Shown piece after piece: positions 17,841-27,627 of a DNA stretch of 27,627 nt. The notes beneath the pieces are model-generated. The model was given only the letters and a program-made list of their open reading frames with translations, did not search any database and was not told where the DNA came from. A program made the translations under genes and the position numbers. Positions within the stretch are counted from its first letter, which is position 1. The number at the start of each line of letters is the position of its first letter. Source of the DNA: Candidatus Methylomirabilia bacterium (GTDB taxonomy: Bacteria; Methylomirabilota; Methylomirabilia; Rokubacteriales; CSP1-6); assembly GCA_046758965.1 (NCBI GenBank), contig JBHIBG010000033.1, positions 1 to 27,627 on the forward strand, in the 5' to 3' direction.

Positions 17841-19124
17841 CTAAGCTGCCAGAGCCCGGCGATGCTTCCAGAAGTGATCGCCACGGCTCGCCAGTCGGCC
17901 GGCCAGCAGTCGCTCGGCCCGCTCCATGTCGCCGGCGCGGAAGCACGCCTCGAGGAGCGTCTCATGGAAGACGTCCCGCTGGGCGCGGCTCCCGCCGATC
18001 TCGATGATGCGCGGACGGAGCGGCTCAATCCGCTCGATGGCCCGGGGGTAGTCGTGCGCCGCGAACGCGTACAGCCCCTCCACGAGCGGCACCACCACGT
18101 CCCGGATCACGCCGGTCGGATCCTTCGCGACGCGGTCGCGGAGCATGCCGAGCTGCTGCGTCGCTGTCGCCCACTCTCCCGCGCCGGCCAGGGCCATGGC
18201 GAGGTGCACCGCGTGGAAGAGCAGCCCCTGGCGGTTCAAGCGCTCGCGGGCGATCGCCACGAACGGGCGCCAGGCATCCCCGACCGGTCTGCCGTAGAGC
18301 TCGAACCGCCACAGGAGGGAGATGGAATCGTGCAGGTCCCCCGCGATCGAGGAGGGGGCGCGTTCGAATACGGCCCGGCTGAACGCACGGGCCTGATCGT
18401 AGTTCCCTCGCGCAAGGTGCATCAGCGCAACGTGCCAGAGCAGATGGTTGCGAAACCAATTGACGTGAGTGCACGGGAGAATGGCCGGGGGGAGCGCGGC
18501 GAGCCCGACGTCGCTTTTGCCCTGCTCGTAGAGCGCGTGGGCGAACGCGTGAACCGCCCAGGCGTCCTGATTGTTGAGCGCGAGCGCGGCTTCTGCCGTG
18601 CGGAGCGCCTCGACGCACTGGTCGCGCTCCTCGAGGGCAAAGGCGTGGAGCCCGAGCACGAAGGAGTTGCCGTCGAACTGCCGGACCAACTGCCGCGTAT
18701 CCTCGAGCATCTCCGGGAAGCGTCCTTGCCAGAACAGGATGAAGTAGAGCCGTTGAAAGATGATGAGATCACGGGGATACGCCGACAGATGCTCGCGCAT
18801 CGCTCGCTCTGCCGGTCCGGTTTGGCCGTTCACCAGAAGCGCCAGCGCCTCCACATGCCCTTTCTCTCGGTCCGTCTGCGATTGAACGGCCCCGCGTGCC
18901 GTCTCGCCGGCAGCGCGCGCTTCCTTGAACCGCTCGTCGAGAAAGAGGCACACCGCCGCGCCGGCATGGGCCAGCGAGAAGGTCGGATCGTGCTCGGCGG
19001 CCGTACGAAAGTGATCCAGCGCGTGGCCCTCCCACGCCAGGGACGCGCTGACCGCCTGATCGTACGCGTCGACAGCTTCCCCGGACCTCGTCGTGACAGG
19101 AAGACCGTACACATCACTCCGCAT
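17841..19124 (-). CDS. TTC38-like tetratricopeptide repeat protein
   Basis: Start MRSDVYGLPVT at 19124; DAWAVHAFAH, HLLWH, D..SLLWR and GGSRAQRDVF are typical of the TTC38 family. Confidence 0.85.
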   Translation of the reverse strand: MRSDVYGLPVTTRSGEAVDAYDQAVSASLAWEGHALDHFRTAAEHDPTFSLAHAGAAVCLFLDERFKEARAAGETARGAVQSQTDREKGHVEALALLVNGQTGPAERAMREHLSAYPRDLIIFQRLYFILFWQGRFPEMLEDTRQLVRQFDGNSFVLGLHAFALEERDQCVEALRTAEAALALNNQDAWAVHAFAHALYEQGKSDVGLAALPPAILPCTHVNWFRNHLLWHVALMHLARGNYDQARAFSRAVFERAPSSIAGDLHDSISLLWRFELYGRPVGDAWRPFVAIARERLNRQGLLFHAVHLAMALAGAGEWATATQQLGMLRDRVAKDPTGVIRDVVVPLVEGLYAFAAHDYPRAIERIEPLRPRIIEIGGSRAQRDVFHETLLEACFRAGDMERAERLLAGRLASRGDHFWKHRRALAA

Positions 19125-19131
19125 GCCGTGA

Positions 19132-19160
19132 ACGATAGCCCAGCGAGCGATCCGGGTCAA
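19132..19160 (-). promoter_or_regulatory. leaderless sigma70 promoter for TTC38-acdA operon
   Basis: TTGACC (19160-19155), 17-nt spacer, TATCGT (19137-19132), then 7 nt to the ATG; no SD. Confidence 0.65.
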
Positions 19161-19245
19161 GACTTCAGGGCTCCTGAAAGCGGTCTGCTCGGACCGGGCC
19201 TAACTACGAATTGGGGGGATCGGTGGGGCGCCGGCGGCGCCGCTC

Positions 19246-20775
19246 TCACCGAGAGATGATTTCGTACTCGTCGCGATGGAGGGAGGCCACTGCCTGGACA
19301 GAGAGCTTTCGCCCCAGTTTGGATTGAAGCAGCTCGATCCCGTCGCGCTCCGCTGTCCCCAGATACTGGGCCAGGTCGGGATGGACGCGGACCAGGATCT
19401 CCTGGCCTCCGACCTCGGCGACCGCCGCGCACACTTTCCGGAAGATCTCGGCGCCCAGGGTCGTCTCAGACTTCATCACCCCGCTTCCCTTGCAGTGGGG
19501 GCAGGGCGTGCAGAGGAGCGACTGGAGGTCCTGGCGGACTCGCTTGCGGGTCATCTCGACCAGCCCCAGCTCGGAGATCTCCAGCACGTTGGTACGGGCC
19601 TTGTCCTCAGCCAGAGCCTGCTTGAGCGCCCGGAAGACCTGCTGGCGGTGCTCCTCCCGGTCCATGTCGATGAAGTCGATGATGATGAGCCCCCCCAGGT
19701 CCCGGAGCCGAATCTGCCGCACCACCTCGCCCACGGCTTCGAGGTTGATCTTCCGCACCGTTTCCTCAAAGTCGCGCTTGCCGATGTACTTCCCCGTGTT
19801 CACGTCGATGGCGACCAGGGCCTCGGTCTGGTCAATGACGATGTACCCCCCGGACTTGAGCCAGACCCGCCGCCGGAGGGCCCGCTCGATCTCCCTCTCG
19901 ATCCCCATGGCTTCGAAGATGGGCGCCGTCTCCTCGTAGAGCTGGAGCCGGCCGGTCAGGGCGGGAACCAGCGTGGAGACGGAGTCCAGGCACTTCCTGT
20001 ACGCTTCTGGACTGTCCACCACGAACGCCTCGATCTCTGGAGAGAAGAGGTCACGGACCACGCGGAAGATCAGATCCCTCTCCTCGTGGAGGACCGCGGG
20101 GGCGTGCGCCTGCTCGTAGCGGGCCTGGATCCGTTCCCAGAGCCTGACGAGGAACTGAATGTCCGAGGCGAACTCCTCCCGGCCCTTCCCCTCGGCGACA
20201 GTGCGGGCGATGAAGCCCCCGCCGGCGGCCCGCGAAACCTCCCGCACGATCTGACGCAAACGGTCGCGCTCGCGCTCGTCCTTGATGCGGCGGGAGACTC
20301 CGATGTGGTCGGCCTGGGGCATGTAGACCAGATAGCGACCCGGAAGAGAGATAAACGAAGTGATGCGCGCCCCCTTCGTCCCCAATGACTCCTTGGACAC
20401 CTGGACCAGCACCTCTTGCCCCTTCCGCAGCAGGTCATCGATGGGGACGGGCACTCTCCGGCGCTCCACCTCCTCCACCTCGAGGGCGTCCTCCTCCAGA
20501 GCTTCCTCGCCGCCGGCTGAGAGCATGAGGCGCTCGTAGTCACCCAGGTTGGCGGTATAGTCCCCCGCGTAGAGGAAGGCGTCCTTCCCCAGCCCCACAT
20601 CCACGAAGGCCGCCTGCATGCCAGGGAGCACGTTGATCACAATCCCCTTGTACACGTTTCCGACGATTGACCGCTGATGCGTGCGCTCTACGTAAAGCTC
20701 GGTCAGACGGCCGCTGTCCTGAACAGCGACCCTCACCTCGGTCACCCCTTCGTTCACCACAATGCGCTTGCTCAC
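19246..20775 (-). CDS. rng: ribonuclease G (Rne/Rng family)
   Basis: 509 aa; GNVYKG..VLPGMQAAFVD (S1), KGARIT, SLPGRYLV, AIDVNTG, RLRDLGGLIIIDFIDM, CPHCKGSG; last gene of the mre operon. Confidence 0.95.
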   Translation of the reverse strand: MSKRIVVNEGVTEVRVAVQDSGRLTELYVERTHQRSIVGNVYKGIVINVLPGMQAAFVDVGLGKDAFLYAGDYTANLGDYERLMLSAGGEEALEEDALEVEEVERRRVPVPIDDLLRKGQEVLVQVSKESLGTKGARITSFISLPGRYLVYMPQADHIGVSRRIKDERERDRLRQIVREVSRAAGGGFIARTVAEGKGREEFASDIQFLVRLWERIQARYEQAHAPAVLHEERDLIFRVVRDLFSPEIEAFVVDSPEAYRKCLDSVSTLVPALTGRLQLYEETAPIFEAMGIEREIERALRRRVWLKSGGYIVIDQTEALVAIDVNTGKYIGKRDFEETVRKINLEAVGEVVRQIRLRDLGGLIIIDFIDMDREEHRQQVFRALKQALAEDKARTNVLEISELGLVEMTRKRVRQDLQSLLCTPCPHCKGSGVMKSETTLGAEIFRKVCAAVAEVGGQEILVRVHPDLAQYLGTAERDGIELLQSKLGRKLSVQAVASLHRDEYEIISR

Positions 20776-20793
20776 GACCGCACCCCGCCTCGA

Positions 20794-21882
20794 TCAGTCG
20801 AACTGCCGCATCCGGACCGACAGGAGCAGACCGAGTGCCGCCAGTGTCACCACCATGGAGGAGCCCCCGTAGCTCATCAACGGGAGCGGGAGCCCCACCA
20901 CCGGGAGGAGCCCCGTCGCCATCCCCATATTGGCCAGCGTCTGAGTGGCCAGGAGGGCCGTCACGCCCAGGGCGGCGAGACGCCCTCCCGGATCCCGGGC
21001 GCTGGCCGCAATGTCAAAGCCCCGAAGGAAGAGGAGCCCGTAGCCGATGACGAGCGCCAGGCAACCGACGAACCCCCACATCTCCGCGAAGGCCGCGAAG
21101 ATGAAATCCGTATGGCGCTCCGGGAGGAAGGCCAGCCGACTCTGCGTGGCCTCCACGATCCCCTTGCCGAAGAGCTGTCCGGAGCCGATGGCGATCTTGG
21201 ACTGGATGACGTGGTAGGCGCCTCCTTGCGGGTCGCCGAACTGGTTCAGGTAGACCAGGATCCGCTCACGCTGGTAGTCCTTCAGAAGCCACCAGGCGAG
21301 GGGCGTCACCGCCAGGCCGGCAAGGGAGAGCCAACCGAGCTCCCGGAGCCGGACGCCCGCCCCGACCAGGAGCGCCAACAGCACCGGGAACAGTATCGCG
21401 CCGCTTCCCAGATCTGGCTGCCCGACAATCAGCAGGAACGGCACCGCCAGAAGCCCGAGGGCGAGGATCACAGTCCCCCATGAGCGCGGGCGGGCCCACC
21501 TGGAGGTGAGCGCCCAGACGAGTGTCAGGATGAAGATCAGCTTGAAGATCTCGGCAGGTTGGACCGAAATCGGACCCACCAGGATCCATCGCTGGGCGCC
21601 TGAGACCGTGTGCCCCACGACGAAGACGGTAAGCAGCAGGCTGATCCCGGCCACGTAGAAGGCCGGCGCGGCGCCGATCAGGCCCCGGTAATCCACGCTT
21701 GCCACCAGCACGAAGGCCAGGAGCCCCAGACCCACCCACACCGCCTGGCGCCAGACGATCGGAGCGTCCTGCTCCGCGGAGAGGTTTGCGAGGGTCGTGA
21801 GCCCCAGGGCCACCATTGCCAGCGTCGTCCCGACGAGGAACCAGTCCACATTCTGGAGGAGCCGGCGATCAATTCTCATCAC
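20794..21882 (-). CDS. rodA: rod shape-determining protein RodA (SEDS)
   Basis: GAQRWI, VQPAE..K, QPDLG, YQRER, QSKIAIGSG, FLPERHTDFIF, PLMSYGGSS; follows mrdA. The start may be the ATG at 21879. Confidence 0.95.
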   Translation of the reverse strand: MMRIDRRLLQNVDWFLVGTTLAMVALGLTTLANLSAEQDAPIVWRQAVWVGLGLLAFVLVASVDYRGLIGAAPAFYVAGISLLLTVFVVGHTVSGAQRWILVGPISVQPAEIFKLIFILTLVWALTSRWARPRSWGTVILALGLLAVPFLLIVGQPDLGSGAILFPVLLALLVGAGVRLRELGWLSLAGLAVTPLAWWLLKDYQRERILVYLNQFGDPQGGAYHVIQSKIAIGSGQLFGKGIVEATQSRLAFLPERHTDFIFAAFAEMWGFVGCLALVIGYGLLFLRGFDIAASARDPGGRLAALGVTALLATQTLANMGMATGLLPVVGLPLPLMSYGGSSMVVTLAALGLLLSVRMRQFD

Positions 21883-21911
21883 GGCCTGTTCTCCGACGCT
21901 CGCGCCACAGG

Positions 21912-23708
21912 CTAGGAGGATCCCATGCCGGCTCGAGCCAGGCCCGCAACCCGCTCAAAGAAGATCCTCTGGAAGATCTCTCGTGCGACCGGGGCCGCGA
22001 CCCGGCCCCCCTTGCCGCCCCGCTCGATCAGGACCACGACCACAACTTCAGGATCGCGGGCCGGGGCAACGCCCGCAAACCAGGCGTGATCAGTGCCACC
22101 AGCGCCCTTGCGCCTCGCGCGGATCTGGGCCGTCCCGGTCTTTCCCGCGACGTCCAATCCGGGCAGCCGTGCGGCGCGACCGGTGCCGCCCGCGTTCACC
22201 ACCCCCCAGAGGCTCAGACGGAGAAACTCCCAGACCGCCGGGGAAAGCTCTACGCGGCCGGTTACCTCGTTCGCCTCGGCATAGACAAGCGTCCCGTCGG
22301 CCCGCTCCACGTGCTGGACCAGCCGCGGCCTCCAGAGGACCCCGCCGTTGGCGACCGCCGCCATCAGCCGGGCGATCTGGAGCGGGGTGACCAGGACATG
22401 GCCTTGCCCGATGGAGACGTTCGCCGTTTCGCCGGGACGCCAGGGCTCGCCAAAGCGCTTTCGCTTCCATTTCCGGGACGGGACGAGGCCAGGCTTCTCA
22501 CCGGGGAGCGCGATCCCCGTGGGGGCTCCAAGGCCGAAAGCCCGCGCGTACCGCGCGATGACGTCAATCCCGACCTTGAGCCCGAGCTGATAGAAGAAGG
22601 TGTTGCAAGAACGGACGATCGCCTCGTAGACGTCGATGTCGCCCCGGTCCTCCCAGTTGCGGAAAGTTCGGCGCCCGAGGCGGATGGCCTGCGGGCACCC
22701 GAGGCGCTCAAAGGGGGTGATCACGCCCTCCTGGAGCGCGGCCGTAGCTACAACGATCTTGAAGATGGAGCCCGGCGCGTACTGCCCCTGAAAAGCTCGG
22801 TTGAGGAGCGGAAAGCGCGAATCCCGAACCAAGCGGAGCCAGGTCGCTCGGCCCAGTGGCCCGGTGAACTGGTCCAGGTCGAAGGCCGGACTCGAGGTCA
22901 TCGCCAGAATGTCGCCGTTTCTCGGGTCCATGACCACGACCGCACCCGGCCGATTGCCGATCGCACGCTCCGCGATCTCCTGAATCCGACGGTCGATGGT
23001 GGTGACGACGTTGGCGCCCGGCTGAGGCTCCCGCAGTCCCACGGACTGGACGGGCCGGCCGAGGGCATCGACTTCGATGCGCTCGCTGCCGTCCGTGCCG
23101 CGGAGGTAGTCGTCCAAGAGCCGCTCGAGCCCGCTCTGCCCCACCATGTCCCCCGGGCGGTAGGGACCCTGCTTGAGCTGATCCTCGCTCACTTCCCGGA
23201 CGTAGCCGAGGAGATGCGCAGCAAGGCGGCTCCCGGGATACGCCCGCTGGGGCTCCACCTCGACCACCACTCCCGGAAGGGCCAGCTTCCACTCCTCGAC
23301 CTTGGCGACCTCCTCGAGCGTGAGCCCCCGGCGCACGCGGATCGGCCTGAAGGAGTCGTGCGGCACCCGGTCGACGGCCTCGACCAGCTCCGCGTACGGG
23401 ATCCTGAGGAGAGCGGCGAGGCGGGCCAGAACGGCTTCGGCATCCGGCAGCTCCGCCGGGATCAGCGAGAGGGTAAAGGCCGGGCGGTTGTCCACCAGGG
23501 GCAGCCCATTTCGATCGAAGAGGATCCCCCGTGGCGCCGCAATGGGTCGCACGCGGATCCGGTTCTTCTCCGAAAGTTCCCTGAACCGGGCCCCCTCGAA
23601 TACCTGGAGGTACCAGAGGTGGCCCAGGACGACGAGAAGACCCATCAGGGTCGTCGCCGTCATCACCAGGAGCCGCCGGTGCCAGGGATCCTTCTTCGGG
23701 AGCCTCAC
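21912..23708 (-). CDS. mrdA: penicillin-binding protein 2
   Basis: N-terminal TM, APRGILFDRNG, SxxK (GSIFK), SxN (SCN), KTGT; mre operon context. Confidence 0.95.
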   Translation of the reverse strand: MRLPKKDPWHRRLLVMTATTLMGLLVVLGHLWYLQVFEGARFRELSEKNRIRVRPIAAPRGILFDRNGLPLVDNRPAFTLSLIPAELPDAEAVLARLAALLRIPYAELVEAVDRVPHDSFRPIRVRRGLTLEEVAKVEEWKLALPGVVVEVEPQRAYPGSRLAAHLLGYVREVSEDQLKQGPYRPGDMVGQSGLERLLDDYLRGTDGSERIEVDALGRPVQSVGLREPQPGANVVTTIDRRIQEIAERAIGNRPGAVVVMDPRNGDILAMTSSPAFDLDQFTGPLGRATWLRLVRDSRFPLLNRAFQGQYAPGSIFKIVVATAALQEGVITPFERLGCPQAIRLGRRTFRNWEDRGDIDVYEAIVRSCNTFFYQLGLKVGIDVIARYARAFGLGAPTGIALPGEKPGLVPSRKWKRKRFGEPWRPGETANVSIGQGHVLVTPLQIARLMAAVANGGVLWRPRLVQHVERADGTLVYAEANEVTGRVELSPAVWEFLRLSLWGVVNAGGTGRAARLPGLDVAGKTGTAQIRARRKGAGGTDHAWFAGVAPARDPEVVVVVLIERGGKGGRVAAPVAREIFQRIFFERVAGLARAGMGSS

Positions 23709-24193
23709 GGGGAACTGCTCCGGCGGGTCTCGATCCAGACGAGGGCGAGGACCACGGCCGACCCAAGGAAGCCGTTGTAGAGGGCCTGAGGGAGGATCAC
23801 GTAGCGCATCATCTCGCCGAGGGAAGGGGGGAAGTGGAAGAGCTGGAGGAGCGCGAAACGCGCCACGCCCTCCGCGAGCGAGAGGAGGACGAGTCCCACG
23901 ACCTGAACCAGAGGGTTCGAAATCCAGAGGCGGCCGCCGAGCAGCCCGACCAGAAACCCTACCAGCGATTTCGTGAGCGCCTGAACCCCCAGAACGCCAC
24001 CGCTCGTCACGTCTTGGAGAAGCCCGGCGCCGAACCCGGTGAGGCAGCCGACCTCAGGCCCCTTGCGGAGCCCAAGGAGGACCGTGAGAATCAGCGGGAT
24101 GTCCGGGGTCACGCCAGCGACCATCAGCATCGGCGCCACGGTGGTGTGCGCCAGGCCGCCGCCGAAGACCATGAGGGCGAGGGTGAACCGCAT
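23705..24193 (-). CDS. mreD: rod shape-determining protein MreD
   Basis: 162-aa hydrophobic protein with PD..L and GF..GLLQD...G..LG; lies between mreC and mrdA. Confidence 0.92.
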   Translation of the reverse strand: MRFTLALMVFGGGLAHTTVAPMLMVAGVTPDIPLILTVLLGLRKGPEVGCLTGFGAGLLQDVTSGGVLGVQALTKSLVGFLVGLLGGRLWISNPLVQVVGLVLLSLAEGVARFALLQLFHFPPSLGEMMRYVILPQALYNGFLGSAVVLALVWIETRRSSSP

Positions 24194-24195
24194 CC

Positions 24196-25056
24196 CTACT
24201 CACCGACCGCGACGGACCGGGATGGGGCCGCAAGGCGCGGAAGGAGATCAATCCCGGACTGTTCGGTCAGGAGCAGCACCTCCTCGACGCTGGCATAGTC
24301 CACCACCGGGACGAGCTGCGCGAACTGGAACAACGCCGACTCCCGCACTTCCAGCTTCGCGACTCGTCCCACGGGCAGGCCCTTGGGAAAGAGATCGCCG
24401 AGCCCCGCTGTCACCACGAGATCATCGACCCGAACGCCATCACCCTCGCGGGTCTGGAACTTGAAGCGGAGGGTGCCGCCGGCCTCTCCCTCCACCATTC
24501 CCAAGGTGCGCGTGCGCTGGACCATGGCGCCAACGGTAGAGCTCGGATCGTTGAGAAGCTGGATCACGGCCGCGCCGTCCCGCACGGCAACCACACGGCC
24601 CACCAGTCCGTGGGGAGCGATCACCGGCATGAGCCGCCGGATCCTATCGCGCCGCCCCCGGTTGACGGTCAGGGAACGCACCCAGCCGCTCCACTCCTTG
24701 GCAATCACCTCCGCGGGCATCGCGTCGAGCTGCAACGGCTCCTTGAAGGCGAGGAGGCGGCGGAGACGAAGGTTCTCCGCCTTGAGCTCGCGCACCCGAA
24801 GCGAGTCCACGCGCAGCTGCTCCGCCTCCTCGCGAAGCGCGCGGTTCTCGCGGCGGAAACCCTTCCATTCCTGATACGTCGACCATACCGCAAAGGCGGA
24901 GCGGTGGAGTTTGGCGACGAGGGTCTGCGCAGGCATGGTCGTCCAGGCGAGAACCATCCCTGCTCTTTCCGTCCCCCGACCCTCAAAGGTCAGGAGGAGG
25001 AGGGCAACGAAGAGCACCGAGATCAGCAGCTGATACTTCCGATCTCTCACCCGCAA
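24196..25056 (-). CDS. mreC: rod shape-determining protein MreC
   Basis: N-terminal TM, coiled coil EN.RLRRLL, GLVGRV, D.VVTAG...FPKGLPVG. Start is TTG 25056 or GTG 25050. Confidence 0.93.
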   Translation of the reverse strand: MRVRDRKYQLLISVLFVALLLLTFEGRGTERAGMVLAWTTMPAQTLVAKLHRSAFAVWSTYQEWKGFRRENRALREEAEQLRVDSLRVRELKAENLRLRRLLAFKEPLQLDAMPAEVIAKEWSGWVRSLTVNRGRRDRIRRLMPVIAPHGLVGRVVAVRDGAAVIQLLNDPSSTVGAMVQRTRTLGMVEGEAGGTLRFKFQTREGDGVRVDDLVVTAGLGDLFPKGLPVGRVAKLEVRESALFQFAQLVPVVDYASVEEVLLLTEQSGIDLLPRLAAPSRSVAVGE

Positions 25057-25086
25057 CCCTCAGCGCCTATCGGCGACCGCCATGCT

Positions 25087-26166
<1,080 letters not shown>

Positions 26167-26176
26167 CTACTAGTTG

Positions 26177-26200
26177 AGCATAAAGCATGCCAGCTGCCAA
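26177..26200 (-). promoter_or_regulatory. candidate sigma-54 (-24/-12) promoter upstream of mreB
   Basis: CTGGCATGCTTTATGCT (26193-26177) is GG-N10-GC and close to YTGGCACGNNNNTTGCW. A second overlapping GG-N10-GC, TTGGCAGCTGGCATGCT, lies at 26200-26184. Confidence 0.5.
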
Positions 26201-26552
26201 GAAAAACTAATACTTTCAGATCGTTGGCGACTGTCGGCCCCCCTCTTTGCTACCCGAACCACGGGGAACCGGCAAACCAGACAGCCGGGGGTTTCTCCGG
26301 CTACCACCTCATCGGGCGAAGCCGGCCCGCTCACCGGGGAGCGGGGCCTGGTCATGTCCACCGAGAGGGATGAACACCCCGGACCCAACAGGGGCTTGCG
26401 CACCGGGCAGGCACACTCGCTGTGATCGTCATAATCAAGGGCGGCCCCGGAAGGCATCTCCCCGACTATCTATCGTAATGCCGAACCCCGCCGGCGAGCA
26501 ATCACAGTGTTTGATGCCGGACCGTCCACAGGCGCTGCCCGGGGAGAGCACC

Positions 26553-26581
26553 TTGACAGCCTCAGACCCTCCACCGACAAT
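26553..26581 (+). promoter_or_regulatory. putative sigma70 promoter for TDGLP-family gene
   Basis: TTGACA (26553-26558), 17-nt spacer, GACAAT (26576-26581), 9 nt before an in-frame TTG. Confidence 0.45.
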
Positions 26582-26590
26582 GGCCACGCA

Positions 26591-27625
26591 TTGGCAGCCG
26601 ACGAGATCGAGGTCTGGTTCGATAAAGGGGTCACCGACGGGCTTCCCGTCGTCCCGCCCAGCCTGGAGCGCGTGGAGCGCATGCTGGGTGGGACCCGACG
26701 GAACCGTCACGAGGTGGTCGGCCTGATCCCGCCCAACTACGGCCGGGCCGCTATCGAGAAGATCGCGATCAACGCCGTCATGGCAGGCTGCAAGCCTGAC
26801 TACCTTCCGGTGGTGATCGCCGCCGTCGAGGCTGCCTCTGACCCGGTCTTCAACCTCCACGGCCATTCCGCCACAACGCACTTTGCCGCCCCGCTGATCA
26901 TCGTGAACGGCCCGATCCGCCAGACAATCGGCCTGAACTGCGGCGCCGGGGTGTTCGGCCCCGGCTCCCGCGCCAACGCCACCATCGGGCGGGCGCTCAG
27001 GCTGATCCTGATGAACCTGGGCGGCGCGCACCCCGGGGCCATCTCCATGTCCACCTTCGCCCACCCCGGCCGCTACACCTACTGCATCGGAGAGTACGAG
27101 GAAGCCTCACCCTGGGAGTCCCTCCACGCGGAACTCGGATTCAAGCGGGAGGAGAGCACGGTGACCCTGTTCGCAGGCGAGGCTCCCCACGGCATCAACG
27201 ACCATGCCAGCCGCTCGGCCGGCCAGCTCGTGGCGTCCATCGGATGGTCGATGGCGGGGATCTGGAACCACAAGAACTTTCCCGTTTACGGGCACACGCT
27301 CCTCGTGGTGGGCCCCGAACACGCCAGGACCATTGGCGAGGAGGGATGGTCCAAGCAGGAGATCAAGCAGTTCCTCTTCGCCACGATCCGCCGGCCCGCC
27401 CGGGAGCTGGCCACCGGCCCCGACGGGGCTGAAGGCTCCCGCCTGAAATTCATCGAGGGGCTCCGCCAACCGGACGAGCTCGTCCCGAAATTTCCGTCTC
27501 CCGAAGAGATCCTGGTCGTGGTGGCCGGGGGAACTGCCGGGCGGTTCTCCGCGGCTATCCCCGGGTGGCTGGGAGGCAAGCACGGCTCCCGACCCGTGAC
27601 CAGGGCGATCGACCGTCCCGCCTAA
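26591..27625 (+). CDS. conserved hypothetical protein ('TDGLPVVPP' family, often encoded beside UGSC-type proteins)
   Basis: TDGLPVVPP..RVERML, EKIAINAVMAGC.P, IVNGP, RANATIGRALRL, SPWESLH, VVAGG..G..S. Start uncertain: TTG 26591 is favoured by the promoter; the ORF is open from GTG 26507. Confidence 0.85.
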   Translation: MAADEIEVWFDKGVTDGLPVVPPSLERVERMLGGTRRNRHEVVGLIPPNYGRAAIEKIAINAVMAGCKPDYLPVVIAAVEAASDPVFNLHGHSATTHFAAPLIIVNGPIRQTIGLNCGAGVFGPGSRANATIGRALRLILMNLGGAHPGAISMSTFAHPGRYTYCIGEYEEASPWESLHAELGFKREESTVTLFAGEAPHGINDHASRSAGQLVASIGWSMAGIWNHKNFPVYGHTLLVVGPEHARTIGEEGWSKQEIKQFLFATIRRPARELATGPDGAEGSRLKFIEGLRQPDELVPKFPSPEEILVVVAGGTAGRFSAAIPGWLGGKHGSRPVTRAIDRPA

Positions 27626-27627
27626 CC

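Overview
GC-rich bacterial chromosomal window, mostly minus-strand genes; the style suggests Ca. Rokubacteria/Methylomirabilota, which is inference only. From left to right: tRNA-Phe(GAA); a class-III aminotransferase with a DUF4392/D-glutamate-cyclase-like gene; a secreted hypothetical protein with a PurM/AIR-synthase-like gene; a sigma-54 response regulator with a membrane histidine kinase; a trypsin-like protease-TM-rhodanese fusion; a class III nucleotide cyclase-TolB-TPR gene; an RRM RNA-binding protein; glutamate formimidoyltransferase; csoR-copA(+YHS)-DUF2889; a TTC38-like TPR gene with a 3-sulfinopropionyl-CoA desulfinase-like acyl-CoA dehydrogenase; the mreBCD-mrdA-rodA-rng operon; and a conserved 'TDGLP' hypothetical protein. 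Main finding: the TGA at 7136-7138 falls in the active-site loop of a rhodanese domain (YCS*PDESTSARVA). The frame continues for 44 codons that complete the domain, and a bacterial-SECIS-like hairpin follows the TGA. This points to a selenoprotein with a probable periplasmic protease, one TM helix and a cytoplasmic CxU rhodanese, directly upstream of a two-component system. No CRISPR array or mobile element was seen.
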